Source: an uncultured Bacteroidota bacterium
GTDB lineage: Bacteria > Bacteroidota > Ignavibacteria > UBA10030 > UBA6906
Direction of reading: 5' to 3'
Assembly (NCBI GenBank): GCA_963700635.1
Contig: CAVOYH010000003.1
Span: forward strand, 1,472,001 to 1,536,000
DNA length: 64,000 nt
The stretch's first letter is position 1; each line of letters opens with the position of its first letter. Under the pieces are notes generated by a model, which made no database searches, was not told the origin of the DNA, and saw only the letters and a program-made list of their open reading frames with translations. This document shows positions 49,480-59,862 of the stretch, in pieces. The position numbers and the translations under genes were made by a program.

Positions 49480-49513
49480 ACGTTCCTCACAAAAAGACTG
49501 AATGGAATGGAAA

Positions 49514-49573
49514 AATATACCGGAAAGGGTCAGGAAAAGCAAATTTGACTTTCGGGTGAAAATCCGTTACATT
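49514..49573. promoter_or_regulatory. Back-to-back sigma70 promoters (ybaB-recR leftward, uppS operon rightward)
   Basis: Minus strand TTGCTT-17-TATATT (49542-49514); plus strand TTGACT-17-TACATT (49545-49573). Confidence 0.7.
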
Positions 49574-49625
49574 TTTGTTCCCGCACCATTCACATTTCAG
49601 CGGGAACAGCTATTTTTGACGGAGA

Positions 49626-50471
49626 ATGAATTCTTTGGCACGAGGTCCGCGAGAAGCGTCCGGCGCTGATCTGAAAGCCCAGCAGCGTCTGCGCGCAGCC
49701 GGAGAAGTCCCCCGGCATGTTGCCGTCATTATGGATGGCAATGGGCGTTGGGCGAAACGGCGCGGCCTCCCGCGCATCGCTGGTCACCGGGAAGGTGTCG
49801 AATCAGTCCGAGACATCGTCGAAGCGTGCGGCCAGCTGGGTGTGGGTCATCTGACGTTGTATGCGTTTTCCACGGAAAACTGGAAACGCCCGCAGGAAGA
49901 GATCTCCCTTCTGATGCGGCTTCTGTTGACCGCCCTTCACGACGAGACGGACCGTCTTCACACGAACAACGTCCGGCTCCGCTCAATCGGCGAAATTGAC
50001 GCGCTTCCGAATGAGGTTCAGGCTGAACTCCGCGAGGCGGCCCTGAAAACTGCCGCGAATACGGGGCTGACCCTTACCCTCGCCCTGAGCTACAGTGGTC
50101 GGTGGGAGATCACACAGGCAGTGAGGGCCATCGCCCGTGAAATCCAGTCGGGTGAAACCCGCCCGGAGGATATTACCGAACAGTGCATCGCCAGTCATCT
50201 GGTGACGCATGATACGCCGGATCCGGACCTTCTCGTGCGGACGAGCGGCGAACTGCGGATAAGCAACTTCCTGCTGTGGCAGCTGGCCTACACGGAGCTG
50301 TATATCACACCGAAGTTCTGGCCGGCCTTTCGCAGAAACGACCTGTATGCCGCCATCGCGGATTATCAGCGGCGCGAACGACGGTTCGGTATGGTGAGCG
50401 AGCAGGTTCCTAAAACCACCGGCGAACAAAGTACATTCAGTACAATTCTCAAGAGTGTCGCAGGGCCGTGA
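49626..50471 (+). CDS. uppS: Undecaprenyl diphosphate synthase
   Basis: HVAVIMDGNGRWA; FSTENWKR; RTSGELRISNFLLWQ. Confidence 0.96.
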   Translation: MNSLARGPREASGADLKAQQRLRAAGEVPRHVAVIMDGNGRWAKRRGLPRIAGHREGVESVRDIVEACGQLGVGHLTLYAFSTENWKRPQEEISLLMRLLLTALHDETDRLHTNNVRLRSIGEIDALPNEVQAELREAALKTAANTGLTLTLALSYSGRWEITQAVRAIAREIQSGETRPEDITEQCIASHLVTHDTPDPDLLVRTSGELRISNFLLWQLAYTELYITPKFWPAFRRNDLYAAIADYQRRERRFGMVSEQVPKTTGEQSTFSTILKSVAGP

Positions 50472-50472
50472 T

Positions 50473-52848
50473 ATGACGAAGCGAGTGCTGGTGTTGCTGG
50501 CCGCTGGTATCCTCCTGACCACACCGCCCCATCTGCAAGCACAAACATCCCCCCCGCAGGAAGTCTACAAGATCCTCGGTCTTTCCGTGGAAGGGAATAC
50601 CCTGGCCGACCCGGCAGCTGTTATCGCCAATTCAGGTCTCAAGGTCGGCGATGAAATCCTTGTGCCGGGCGATCAGATTGCACAGGCTATCCGCAAACTG
50701 TGGTCCCTGCGGCTGTTCGAAGATATCCAGGTCTCCATCGACCGGAAGATGGGCAACGGGATCTATCTGCTCATCAAGGTCACGGAGCTCCCCCGATTCG
50801 AACAAGCCCAGATCGAAGGAAACGACGAAATCGATACGGACGACATCCTGAAAGCGATACCGCTCGTCCGCGGACAGGTTGTTTCTCCGCACGACCTGAA
50901 GAAGATCCAGCGGGAGGTGAAAAAGCTCTACGATAAAGAGGGCTATCTGCTCGCCACGGTCGACGTCAGGTCCGATCCCTCGGATACGGTGGCGGGCGGA
51001 CGGCGTGTTGTTGTCGTGATGATCGACGAAGGCCAGGAAGTTATTGTGCGGAGCATCCGGTTCGGGGGAAACACGGCCTTCGCCGCGAGCGACCTGCGTG
51101 GCGCCATGGATGAGATCGAGGAAAGCAAGTGGTGGAAGTTCTGGTCCTCGGCCAAATTCGACCGGAAAAAATACGACGAAGACAAGACGAAGATCGTTCG
51201 GTACTATCGTAAACACGGGTACCGCGACGCGCAGATCCTCTCCGATTCGCTCTGGTACAGCGACAACAAGGAAGACATGTTCATCCTCATGAACGTGCAT
51301 GAAGGACCGCAATACAAGATCCGAAACATCACCTGGCAGGGAAATACCGTCTATCCCGATGTGGTGCTCAATGCCCGCCTCGACATGAGGCCCGGGGACG
51401 TCTATGATGCCGAGCGCTTCGAGAGGAATCTCCGGGGGAACGAGGAGCAGACCGATGTCGCCGCCCTGTATCTCGACAACGGATACCTCCGTTTTAACCT
51501 GGACCCCCGGGAAACGCGGGTCGCTGAGGACAGCATCGACATCCAGGTCAAAGTCTATGAAATGAACCAGTTCAAGATCGGGCATGTCAACATCAAGGGG
51601 AATACCAAGACGTATGAGAAGGTCATCAGGCGCGAGCTCTACAGCCGGCCCGGCGACTATTTCAGCAGGGCGGCCATTGTCCGCGGCATCCGCCAGCTCG
51701 CCCAGCTGAACTACTTCAACCCGGAGAAGATAAAGCCCGACTACGTGCTGGTCGACGACAAGACGGTCGATCTGACATTCGAAGTGGAGGAAAAATCCAG
51801 CGACAATGTCAATGCGTCGGTCGGGTACAGCGGCGCGTTCGGCGTGACCGGGGCCCTCGGGTTCACGATCACGAATTTCTCCATCGCGGAGCCCCTGACC
51901 GGCGGGGCGGGGCAGGTCCTCAATTTTGAGTGGATGTTCGGCGAAGGATCGCGCTACCGTACGTTCACCCTCGGATTTACCGAACCATGGCTCTTCGATA
52001 CACCCACGCTGTTTGGTGTGACCCTGTTCGACACGCGGCAGATCTATACGTTCGACTACCAGCGCACCGGCGGGTCTGTCCGTATCGGTCGCCGGTTCAA
52101 GTGGCCCGATGACTACTTCCGCGGCGACTGGATCGTGGATGCGCAGGTCAATGAGGTGCGTGACGGACTTGGGATCTACCGCGAGGGAAAATCAAGTCAG
52201 TTCAGCATCACCCAGATCATCTCGCGCAACAGCGTCGACAATCCGATCTTTCCGTCCAGCGGATCAAATGTCTCGCTGTCCGTGCAGGTGTCGGGCGGTC
52301 CGTTCCTTCCCGGCAGCATTGATTTCCACAAGTGGATGTTCACGTCCGAGTGGTATCTCCCCCTGTTCGGGTCCAGCAAGTTCGCCCTGTATCTCGGGTC
52401 GACGTACGGGTATGTTTCCACCTTTTACAAAGACTCGTATATCCAGCCCGTGGACCTTTTCTTCATGGGTGGGACCGGCCTCGGGTTCATTGCGACGACC
52501 CCTCTGCGCGGATATGAAGATCAGTCGGTCGGCCCGCGCAATGAGAACAACGAGATTCTGGGCGGCCGGGCCATGGCCAAACAGACCCTCGAATTGCGGT
52601 ACGCCGTGGCGATCAATCCAATCCCGATCTACATCCTCGGCTTCGCAGAAGGAGGCAATGTGTATGAGAGCCTTTCGCGGGCCGACTTCTTCGATCTTCG
52701 GCGTTCTGCCGGGTTCGGTGCACGATTGCAGATCAATCCCATCGGCCTGATCGGGTTCGACTACGGATACGGTTTTGACGATGTCTATCCGAGGGACGGC
52801 AAGGCTGACGGATGGCGGTTTCATTTTGTCTTCGGACGCGGATTCTGA
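50473..52848 (+). CDS. bamA: Outer membrane protein assembly factor BamA
   Basis: POTRA repeats; LRGY motif; C-terminal FHFVFGRGF. Confidence 0.95.
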   Translation: MTKRVLVLLAAGILLTTPPHLQAQTSPPQEVYKILGLSVEGNTLADPAAVIANSGLKVGDEILVPGDQIAQAIRKLWSLRLFEDIQVSIDRKMGNGIYLLIKVTELPRFEQAQIEGNDEIDTDDILKAIPLVRGQVVSPHDLKKIQREVKKLYDKEGYLLATVDVRSDPSDTVAGGRRVVVVMIDEGQEVIVRSIRFGGNTAFAASDLRGAMDEIEESKWWKFWSSAKFDRKKYDEDKTKIVRYYRKHGYRDAQILSDSLWYSDNKEDMFILMNVHEGPQYKIRNITWQGNTVYPDVVLNARLDMRPGDVYDAERFERNLRGNEEQTDVAALYLDNGYLRFNLDPRETRVAEDSIDIQVKVYEMNQFKIGHVNIKGNTKTYEKVIRRELYSRPGDYFSRAAIVRGIRQLAQLNYFNPEKIKPDYVLVDDKTVDLTFEVEEKSSDNVNASVGYSGAFGVTGALGFTITNFSIAEPLTGGAGQVLNFEWMFGEGSRYRTFTLGFTEPWLFDTPTLFGVTLFDTRQIYTFDYQRTGGSVRIGRRFKWPDDYFRGDWIVDAQVNEVRDGLGIYREGKSSQFSITQIISRNSVDNPIFPSSGSNVSLSVQVSGGPFLPGSIDFHKWMFTSEWYLPLFGSSKFALYLGSTYGYVSTFYKDSYIQPVDLFFMGGTGLGFIATTPLRGYEDQSVGPRNENNEILGGRAMAKQTLELRYAVAINPIPIYILGFAEGGNVYESLSRADFFDLRRSAGFGARLQINPIGLIGFDYGYGFDDVYPRDGKADGWRFHFVFGRGF

Positions 52849-52903
52849 GTTTCTGAGTACCACTATCGCAGCATAACAAACCATTCTATTTGAGGATGTA
52901 CTT

Positions 52904-53437
52904 ATGAAGACCCCCTTTGTGCTCCTATCACTCACCCTCATCACACTGCTGGCGGTCCCGGCGCTCTTCGCCCAGTCACAGAAGATCGGGTATGTCAACT
53001 CTTCGAAAATCTTTCAGGAACTCCCGGCCGCGCAGGACGCACAGCGCCGGATCGACGCCATGAGCAAGCCGATTCAGGACTCTCTGCAGGCAATGCAGAC
53101 TGACCTCCAGGCGCGCTATGAGGATTATCAGAAACGCGAAGCACTGCTGAATGACGCGGCGAAGAAGGCCGAGCAGCAGAAGCTGATTGACGCGGAACGC
53201 CGGATGAACGAATACCGCGTCCAGAAGCTGGGAAATGACGGCGACCTTGCGCGGGCAACAGAGAAAGTGCTCGCTCCGCTCCGGGAACGCATCAAAGCCG
53301 CCATCACCGCCATCGCGAAAGAAGAGAAGTACGGATTTATCTTCGACAAGACGGACGCGATCCAGATTTTGCTCTATGGCGACCCGGCTCATGATGTCAC
53401 ATTCAAGGTCATTGACCGCCTGAATCGCGGCAAGTAG
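52904..53437 (+). CDS. skp: OmpH/Skp chaperone
   Basis: KIGYVNS..coiled coil..YGFIFD..LLYG. Confidence 0.88.
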   Translation: MKTPFVLLSLTLITLLAVPALFAQSQKIGYVNSSKIFQELPAAQDAQRRIDAMSKPIQDSLQAMQTDLQARYEDYQKREALLNDAAKKAEQQKLIDAERRMNEYRVQKLGNDGDLARATEKVLAPLRERIKAAITAIAKEEKYGFIFDKTDAIQILLYGDPAHDVTFKVIDRLNRGK

Positions 53438-53470
53438 CTGGTCCGGGAACACGACGATGGAGGATCCGGT

Positions 53471-53989
53471 ATGAAATCGTTTGCATTGGCGCTGTTGCTC
53501 GTCTGTGGTGTTGCGGCAGCCGGGGCCCAGACCAAAATCGGTCATATCAATTCTGAAGCGATCATGCAGGCGCTTCCGGAGGCAATCGATGCCCAGAAAT
53601 CCCTGGATGCTATGGTGGCCCAGTGGGAAGCTGAGCTGCAGAAGATGCAGACCGAGTGGAAGCGGAAATTCGACGATTACGACAAGAAGAAGTTGATCCT
53701 CACGGATCAGGCCCGGGCCGACCAGGAAAAGGAACTGCGCGATATGGACCAGGCCATCGCTGACTTCCGCAACAAGAAATTCGGACAGAACGGGGAGCTG
53801 TTCCAAAAACAGAATGAGGTGATGAAGCCGATCCAGAACAAGATCTTCAAGGTCCTCGAGGAGATCGCGCAGGACGACGATTATGACTATATCTTCGATC
53901 AGAGCGGCGAGATCCTCCTTCTCTATGCCAACGAAAAGCGTGATCTGACGTCGCTGGTCATCCAGCGCATGCAATCCTTCGGAAAGTAG
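53471..53989 (+). CDS. skp: OmpH/Skp chaperone (second paralog)
   Basis: KIGHINS..FGQNGELF..YDYIFD..LLYA. Confidence 0.88.
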   Translation: MKSFALALLLVCGVAAAGAQTKIGHINSEAIMQALPEAIDAQKSLDAMVAQWEAELQKMQTEWKRKFDDYDKKKLILTDQARADQEKELRDMDQAIADFRNKKFGQNGELFQKQNEVMKPIQNKIFKVLEEIAQDDDYDYIFDQSGEILLLYANEKRDLTSLVIQRMQSFGK

Positions 53990-54001
53990 CCGGAGCATCC
54001 C

Positions 54002-55069
54002 ATGACCGTCCGGGAAATAGCACGCCTGCTGGATGCTGTCGTGGAGGGGAACGACGAGGAGGTGATTCGGCGTGTCGCCAAAATCGAAGAGGCCGGGGAC
54101 GGTGACCTGACGTTTCTGGCCAACCCGAAGTACTCCCGGTATCTCGCTGTCACACGCGCCTCCGCAGTGATCGTGGGAAAGACTGTGGCCGTCGAAGACC
54201 GGCCGGCTGATGCCCCTCCGTTGACCCTGATCCGCGTGGATGATCCCTATGTCGGTTTCGTCCGCATCCTTGCACGATTCAATCCCCCGCAGCTTCCGCT
54301 TCCGCCCGGCATCCACCCCGCGGCAGTCATCGCTAACGATGCTGCGATCGGAGAGGACGTCCGCATCGGACCGCTGGTGGTCATCGGCGAACGCGCCCGG
54401 ATCGGGGCGCGATCGATCCTCTGCCCCGGGACCGTCGTGGGTAACGATGTGGTCATCGGCAACGATTGCATCCTGTACCCTCACGTCACGGTCCGCGAAG
54501 CGTGCAGGATTGGAGACCGCTGTATCCTGCAGCCCGGCGCCGTTGTCGGGAGCGACGGGTTCGGGTTTGCGCCCAAGGCCGATGGTACATTTGAAAAGAT
54601 CCCTCAAATGGGGATCGTGGTAATTGAGGACGACGTCGAAATCGGAGCAAACACGACCGTCGACCGTGCCACGCTGGGGGAAACCAGGATCAAGAAGGGA
54701 ACGAAGCTGGATAATCTCATCCAGGTCGCCCACAATGTGGTGATCGGTGAAAACACGGTGATGGCCGCGCAGAGCGGAATTTCCGGCAGCACCCGGATCG
54801 GAAAAAACGTCATGGTCGGAGGTCAGGTTGGATTCACCGGCCATATCGCCGTCGCCGACCGGGCGAAAATCGGCGCACAATCGGGAGTTCACAGGTCGCT
54901 TACGACGGAAGGCGGAACCTATTTCGGCACTCCGGCGTTTGCGCAGCGGGAGGCGCTGAGGATCTACGGCGCATTTCCCCATCTCCCTGAAGCCCTGGCG
55001 ACCATCCGCAGCCTGCAGAAGCGGGTCGAGGAGCTGGAAAAGAAACTCAACGGCGCACATTCCGGATAA
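54002..55069 (+). CDS. lpxD: UDP-3-O-acylglucosamine N-acyltransferase
   Basis: TFLANPKY; hexapeptide repeats; GSDGFG; [10 protein letters not shown]. Confidence 0.95.
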   Translation: MTVREIARLLDAVVEGNDEEVIRRVAKIEEAGDGDLTFLANPKYSRYLAVTRASAVIVGKTVAVEDRPADAPPLTLIRVDDPYVGFVRILARFNPPQLPLPPGIHPAAVIANDAAIGEDVRIGPLVVIGERARIGARSILCPGTVVGNDVVIGNDCILYPHVTVREACRIGDRCILQPGAVVGSDGFGFAPKADGTFEKIPQMGIVVIEDDVEIGANTTVDRATLGETRIKKGTKLDNLIQVAHNVVIGENTVMAAQSGISGSTRIGKNVMVGGQVGFTGHIAVADRAKIGAQSGVHRSLTTEGGTYFGTPAFAQREALRIYGAFPHLPEALATIRSLQKRVEELEKKLNGAHSG

Positions 55070-55129
55070 GTCCATCGGGTCGCAGACCACCGCGCGCCCC
55101 GTGCCCACTCACCAACGCCTGAAGCGCTT

Positions 55130-56542
55130 ATGCTCGTCCAACAACGCACCATCAAGCAACCCATCTCTGTGAGCGGAGTCGGTCTCCACACCGGCAGCAT
55201 CTCCACAATGACCTTCCGTCCGGCGCCCGAGGACTCGGGGATCAGATTCCGGCGGATCGATATGGGAGGGACGCCCGAGATTCCCGCTGACGTCGATCAT
55301 GTGGTCGATATCTCACGGGGAACCACCATCGGAATCGGCGACGCTCGTGTCCATACGGTGGAACACGTGATGGCAGCCCTGGTGGGCCTGCAGGTCGACA
55401 ATGTGTTGATCGATCTGGATGCGAATGAACCCCCTGTCATCGATGGGTCCGCAAAACCCTATGTGGACGCCCTGCTCAAGGCGGAGTTCGAACGGCAAGA
55501 CGCCCCCAAAGACTATCTCATCATCGACCAGACTGTCACATACCATAACGAGGACAAGAAGGTCGATATTGTCGCTTTGCCCCTGGATGACTATCGCATC
55601 ACGGTCATGGTGGATTATTTCAATCCGGCCCTCGGGAGTCAGCATACGGGCCTCTTCAACCTGGAAAAAGAATTTGTCACCGAGTTTGCCCCGTGCCGCA
55701 CTTTCTGTTTTCTCCACGAGGTGGAGATGCTGCACAGCCAGGGACTGATCAAAGGAGGGACGCTGGACAATGCCATCGTGATCGTGGACCGGGATCTCCC
55801 GGACGACGAGTTGAGACGCATTGCCGGCAAACTCGGCATCAGTGACGCCGTGATCCTGGGAACAAACGGTGTTCTCAACAACCGGAGCCTCCATTTCCGG
55901 AATGAGCCCGCCCGCCACAAACTGCTCGATCTGATGGGGGACCTGGCGTTGATCGGGGTCCCTCTGAAGGCCCAGATCCTCGCGGCGCGGCCGGGACATG
56001 CAAGCAATATCGAGTTCGCCCGGATGATCCGGAAGCTCTACCAGCAGAAGAAGCTGATCCGGAAATTCCAGCACGAGAGGAAAGAAGGGGTGGTGTTCGA
56101 CGTCAACGCCATCAAGAAGATCCTTCCCCACCGGTATCCATTTTTGCTCGTCGACAAGATCATCGATTTCAAAATCGACGAGAGTGTGGTGGGGGTCAAG
56201 AACGTCACCGCCAACGAGCATTTTTTTGAGGGGCACTTTCCCGGACAGCCGGTGATGCCCGGGGTGTTGATCATCGAAGCAATGGCGCAAACGGGCGGCA
56301 TCCTGCTCCTGAACGGAGTCGAGAATCCCGGCGACAAGCTCGTCTTCTTCATGTCCATCAATAATGCCAAGTTCAGGCGCCCGGTTGTTCCCGGCGATCA
56401 GCTTATATTCGAACTGAAAATGGTCACACGCAAAAGCCGGATCTGCCAGATGGCCGGCAAAGCGTTCGTCGACGGCACACTCGTTGCCGAGGCCGAACTG
56501 CTGGCATCGATCGTCGATCGCGCCGGCGCCCAATCCCAGTAA
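55130..56542 (+). CDS. lpxC-fabZ: Bifunctional LpxC deacetylase / FabZ dehydratase
   Basis: GVGLHTG; TVEHVMAA; HKLLD; then LPHRYPFLLVD..GHFP..PGVLIIEAMAQ. Confidence 0.95.
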   Translation: MLVQQRTIKQPISVSGVGLHTGSISTMTFRPAPEDSGIRFRRIDMGGTPEIPADVDHVVDISRGTTIGIGDARVHTVEHVMAALVGLQVDNVLIDLDANEPPVIDGSAKPYVDALLKAEFERQDAPKDYLIIDQTVTYHNEDKKVDIVALPLDDYRITVMVDYFNPALGSQHTGLFNLEKEFVTEFAPCRTFCFLHEVEMLHSQGLIKGGTLDNAIVIVDRDLPDDELRRIAGKLGISDAVILGTNGVLNNRSLHFRNEPARHKLLDLMGDLALIGVPLKAQILAARPGHASNIEFARMIRKLYQQKKLIRKFQHERKEGVVFDVNAIKKILPHRYPFLLVDKIIDFKIDESVVGVKNVTANEHFFEGHFPGQPVMPGVLIIEAMAQTGGILLLNGVENPGDKLVFFMSINNAKFRRPVVPGDQLIFELKMVTRKSRICQMAGKAFVDGTLVAEAELLASIVDRAGAQSQ

Positions 56543-56561
56543 CCTCTCTGCACGCATACTC

Positions 56562-57362
56562 ATGAGCACTTCCATCGATCCCCGGGCAGTGGTAAGTCCG
56601 AACGCCGTCATCGGGCAGGATGTAACGATCGGACCTTTCACGATTGTCGAAGACGGCGCCGTGATCGGCGATCGGACCACGGTTGCTGCCAATGCGCTGA
56701 TCGCGTGCGGAGCGCGAATCGGGAGGGAATGCCGCATTCACCACGGCGCGGTGGTGGGCCATGCACCGCAGGATCTGAAATACGCAGACGAGCCAACGAC
56801 GTGCGAAATCGGCGACCGGACGGTGGTGCGGGAGTATGCCGCGCTGCACCGCGGGACGGGCGACACGGGGCGCACGGTGATCGGGGCTGACTGTTTCCTG
56901 ATGGGATACGTCCACATCGCCCATGACTGTGTCGTCGGGAACGGCGTGATCATGGCCAATGCCGCCATGCTTGCCGGCCATTGCGTGGTGGAAGACTTTG
57001 TGATCATCGGCGGAATTACCCCGGTTCATCAGTTTACGCGGGTCGGGTGCCATGCCATGATCGGCGGCGGCCTGCGGGTGCCGAAAGACGTCCCTCCCTA
57101 TGCCCTCGCCGGCAACGCGCCTCTGGTGTTCGAAGGACTGAACTCCATCGGACTCCGCCGCCGCGGGTTCTCACGAGAGACGATTGATGCCCTCGACCGC
57201 GCCTATACGACGATCTACCGGTCCGGACTGAATGTCTCGCAGGCCATCGACAAAATCCTCGCTGATCCAGCCCTCATGCAGCGCGAAGAAGTCCGGCATG
57301 TCGTCGAGTTCATCAAGGCCAGCAAACGCGGCATCATCGGCGCACCCAGGCTGCGCGGCTGA
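56562..57362 (+). CDS. lpxA: UDP-N-acetylglucosamine O-acyltransferase
   Basis: PQDLKY; HIAHDC; LAGH; HQF; GLNSIGLRRRGF. Confidence 0.95.
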   Translation: MSTSIDPRAVVSPNAVIGQDVTIGPFTIVEDGAVIGDRTTVAANALIACGARIGRECRIHHGAVVGHAPQDLKYADEPTTCEIGDRTVVREYAALHRGTGDTGRTVIGADCFLMGYVHIAHDCVVGNGVIMANAAMLAGHCVVEDFVIIGGITPVHQFTRVGCHAMIGGGLRVPKDVPPYALAGNAPLVFEGLNSIGLRRRGFSRETIDALDRAYTTIYRSGLNVSQAIDKILADPALMQREEVRHVVEFIKASKRGIIGAPRLRG

Positions 57363-57369
57363 GGCCGGC

Positions 57370-58140
57370 ATGGAGGCCGGACAATGGGCTCTGGAAGACT
57401 CCGGCGAGCAGAGCGGGGCCTTCAATATGGAGCGCGATGAGCTTCTTGCCCGCCGCTTCTCACGGCGGATGACGGGCACTCACCCCACCGTGCGGCTCTA
57501 CCAGTGGCGTCCATGGGCGGTATCCCTCGGACATCATCAGGACGAACAGAGCCTTGATCGCCGGGCGCTGTCGCGCGATGGGATCGACATCGTCCGCCGG
57601 CCTACAGGCGGCAGGGCCATCCTCCATGCTGAAGAGCTGACCTACTGCGTGGTGATGGAGGCCGGGCGCCGCAGCATCCTCCAGGTGTATAATGCCATCA
57701 GCGATGCACTCGTCCACGGCCTCCGGCTTTTCGGCGTTGCAGTCGCTCTCCAGAAGAGTCAACCGAATTTTGCAGACGTGTACCGTCAGCCCTCGTCTGT
57801 TCCCTGTTTTACCAGCTCGGCACGGTATGAGATCGAGTGGAACGGGCGAAAGCTCGTTGGCAGCGCGCAGCGACGGTATGCCGATGGGGAAGTCGATGTG
57901 GTTCTCCAGCACGGATCGATTCTGTGCGGCCCCGCACACCGCCGGTTGAGCGACTATCTCGCGAATCAGGACCCCGGAGTCCGGGAACGCATCCGGAAGG
58001 AGATGGAGGAAAAGACCGTCGATCTGAATGAAATCACCGGCGGGCCGGTCGACCGGGGGCGACTCGCGGACTGCCTCGGCAGGGGCTTCGAGGAGGCGTG
58101 GGGGATGGTCTTTGAGAGAAGAGCGGTCCACGGAGCGTGA
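57370..58140 (+). CDS. Lipoate-protein ligase family protein (LplA/LipM-like)
   Basis: NMERDE; VRRPTGGRAILH; KLVGSAQ; LQHGS. Confidence 0.9.
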   Translation: MEAGQWALEDSGEQSGAFNMERDELLARRFSRRMTGTHPTVRLYQWRPWAVSLGHHQDEQSLDRRALSRDGIDIVRRPTGGRAILHAEELTYCVVMEAGRRSILQVYNAISDALVHGLRLFGVAVALQKSQPNFADVYRQPSSVPCFTSSARYEIEWNGRKLVGSAQRRYADGEVDVVLQHGSILCGPAHRRLSDYLANQDPGVRERIRKEMEEKTVDLNEITGGPVDRGRLADCLGRGFEEAWGMVFERRAVHGA

Positions 58141-58200
58141 GAAGGAACTCGGACGAAGGAAAAAAAGGGGGGGATGGGAAATCACGAAAAGAGGATGCAC

Positions 58201-59025
58201 ATGAGTACAGCCCAGGCAGATCATCGGCAGCGTGTCGTGACGACGCGCTCGGTGATGAACATGAAACGGACGGGGGAGAAGATCACGGCCCTGACCGCCT
58301 ACGATTTTCTCATGGCTCGCCTCCTCGACCAGGTCGGGATTGATATTATCCTTGTGGGAGATTCCCTCGGGAATGTCGTCCAGGGGCATGACACGACACT
58401 TCCCGTGACCGTCGATGACATGATCTATCATGCGAAAGCGGTCCGCCGGGGGGCAAAGAACGCTCTCATTGTTGTTGACATGCCCTTCATGTCGTACCAG
58501 ACGAACGTCGATGACGCGGTCCGGAATTGCGGGCGCGTGATGAAAGAGGTGGGAGTGGGCGCCGTCAAGCTCGAAGGCGGGGCGCATATCGCCGATATCG
58601 TCCGCCATCTGGTCAAGATCGGCATTCCGGTGATGGGGCATCTTGGCCTGACACCGCAGGCCATCAATAAATTCGGGACGTACGAGGTGCGTGCGACGGA
58701 CGACCCGGAGGCCGCCGAACTCCTGTCAGACGCCGCGATCCTGGCGGAGGCGGGTGTGTTTTCCCTCGTTCTGGAAAAGATTCCGTCGGCGCTGGCGAAA
58801 AAGGTCACCGAGGGCATCCCGGTGCCTACCATCGGCATTGGCGCGGGAGCAGATTGCGACGGCCAGGTGCTGGTCGTCTACGACATGCTCGGGCTGACAG
58901 AGGAGTTTCACCCCCGGTTTCTCCGGCGGTACGGCGAGATGGCGGAGGAGATGCGGGGAGCATTTCGCAGGTATATTGACGATGTGCGGTCGGGGGACTT
59001 CCCCGGGGAAAAGGAGAGCTACTAG
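58201..59025 (+). CDS. panB: 3-methyl-2-oxobutanoate hydroxymethyltransferase
   Basis: LTAYD; LVGDSLG; VKLEGG; GHLGLTPQ; IGIGAG..DGQVLV. Confidence 0.96.
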   Translation: MSTAQADHRQRVVTTRSVMNMKRTGEKITALTAYDFLMARLLDQVGIDIILVGDSLGNVVQGHDTTLPVTVDDMIYHAKAVRRGAKNALIVVDMPFMSYQTNVDDAVRNCGRVMKEVGVGAVKLEGGAHIADIVRHLVKIGIPVMGHLGLTPQAINKFGTYEVRATDDPEAAELLSDAAILAEAGVFSLVLEKIPSALAKKVTEGIPVPTIGIGAGADCDGQVLVVYDMLGLTEEFHPRFLRRYGEMAEEMRGAFRRYIDDVRSGDFPGEKESY

Positions 59026-59027
59026 GC

Positions 59028-59792
59028 ATGAGACACATCCTCGTGTGCAACGATGACGGCATTGATGCGGCCGGCATTCAAGCGCTCGCACGGGAACTGC
59101 AGCAGATAGCCCGGGTCACCGTCATAGCCCCCGATCGGCAGCAGAGTGCCGTCGGTCATGCGATTACCATGCAGCACCCACTCCGTGTCGTCCCTTTCTA
59201 CAAAGACGGCGGGTTGTTCGGGTATGCGGTCAAAGGAACGCCGGCGGACGCCGTGAAGCTGGGGGTCAAATGCCTGCTCAAGGAAAAACCGGACCTGCTG
59301 ATATCAGGCATCAACCACGGTTCAAATACTGCAATCAACATCATCTATTCGGGGACGGTATCGGCGGCAACGGAAGGGACCATTCTGGGAATTCCCTCGA
59401 TTGCGATGTCTCTGACGACGTATGAAGAGTGGGATTTTGGCGTGGCCGCGCGGTTTGCCCGGACGCTTGCCGAGCAGGTGTTCGAACGCGGGCTGCCCCC
59501 AGGCACACTATTGAATGTAAACGTTCCGGCGGTGCCGGAACATGAGATCAGAGGAGTGAAGCTGACGCGGCAGGGGGGGTCGTCGTGGGACGATACATTC
59601 GATGTCCGCAAAGATCCGTCCGGCCGTGAGTACTACTGGCTGACCGGAAAGATGCATGTTACCGACACGGACCCCGAAACCGACCAGGTTGCCATCCGCG
59701 ACCGGTACATTTCGGTGACCCCGATTCATTACGCGCTGACAAACAGCGCACAGCTCGAACAGATGAAGTCCTGGGACCTCTCCCGGTTCTGA
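59028..59792 (+). CDS. surE: 5'/3'-nucleotidase SurE
   Basis: NDDG; GTPAD; SGINHGSN; YSGTVSAA.EG. Confidence 0.96.
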   Translation: MRHILVCNDDGIDAAGIQALARELQQIARVTVIAPDRQQSAVGHAITMQHPLRVVPFYKDGGLFGYAVKGTPADAVKLGVKCLLKEKPDLLISGINHGSNTAINIIYSGTVSAATEGTILGIPSIAMSLTTYEEWDFGVAARFARTLAEQVFERGLPPGTLLNVNVPAVPEHEIRGVKLTRQGGSSWDDTFDVRKDPSGREYYWLTGKMHVTDTDPETDQVAIRDRYISVTPIHYALTNSAQLEQMKSWDLSRF

Positions 59793-59862
59793 GGCCGACT
59801 TTCCATTCGACGCCGTCGGACGCGTCATTCCCTTTTCACCCCGAAGTCGAACGGAGGAACAT

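Noticed and set aside
52976-56737. Long antisense ORFs (710 aa and 474 aa) and similar shadows opposite sdhA, the beta-propeller and other genes
   Set aside because: Typical antisense shadow frames of GC-rich coding genes, with no recognisable motifs.
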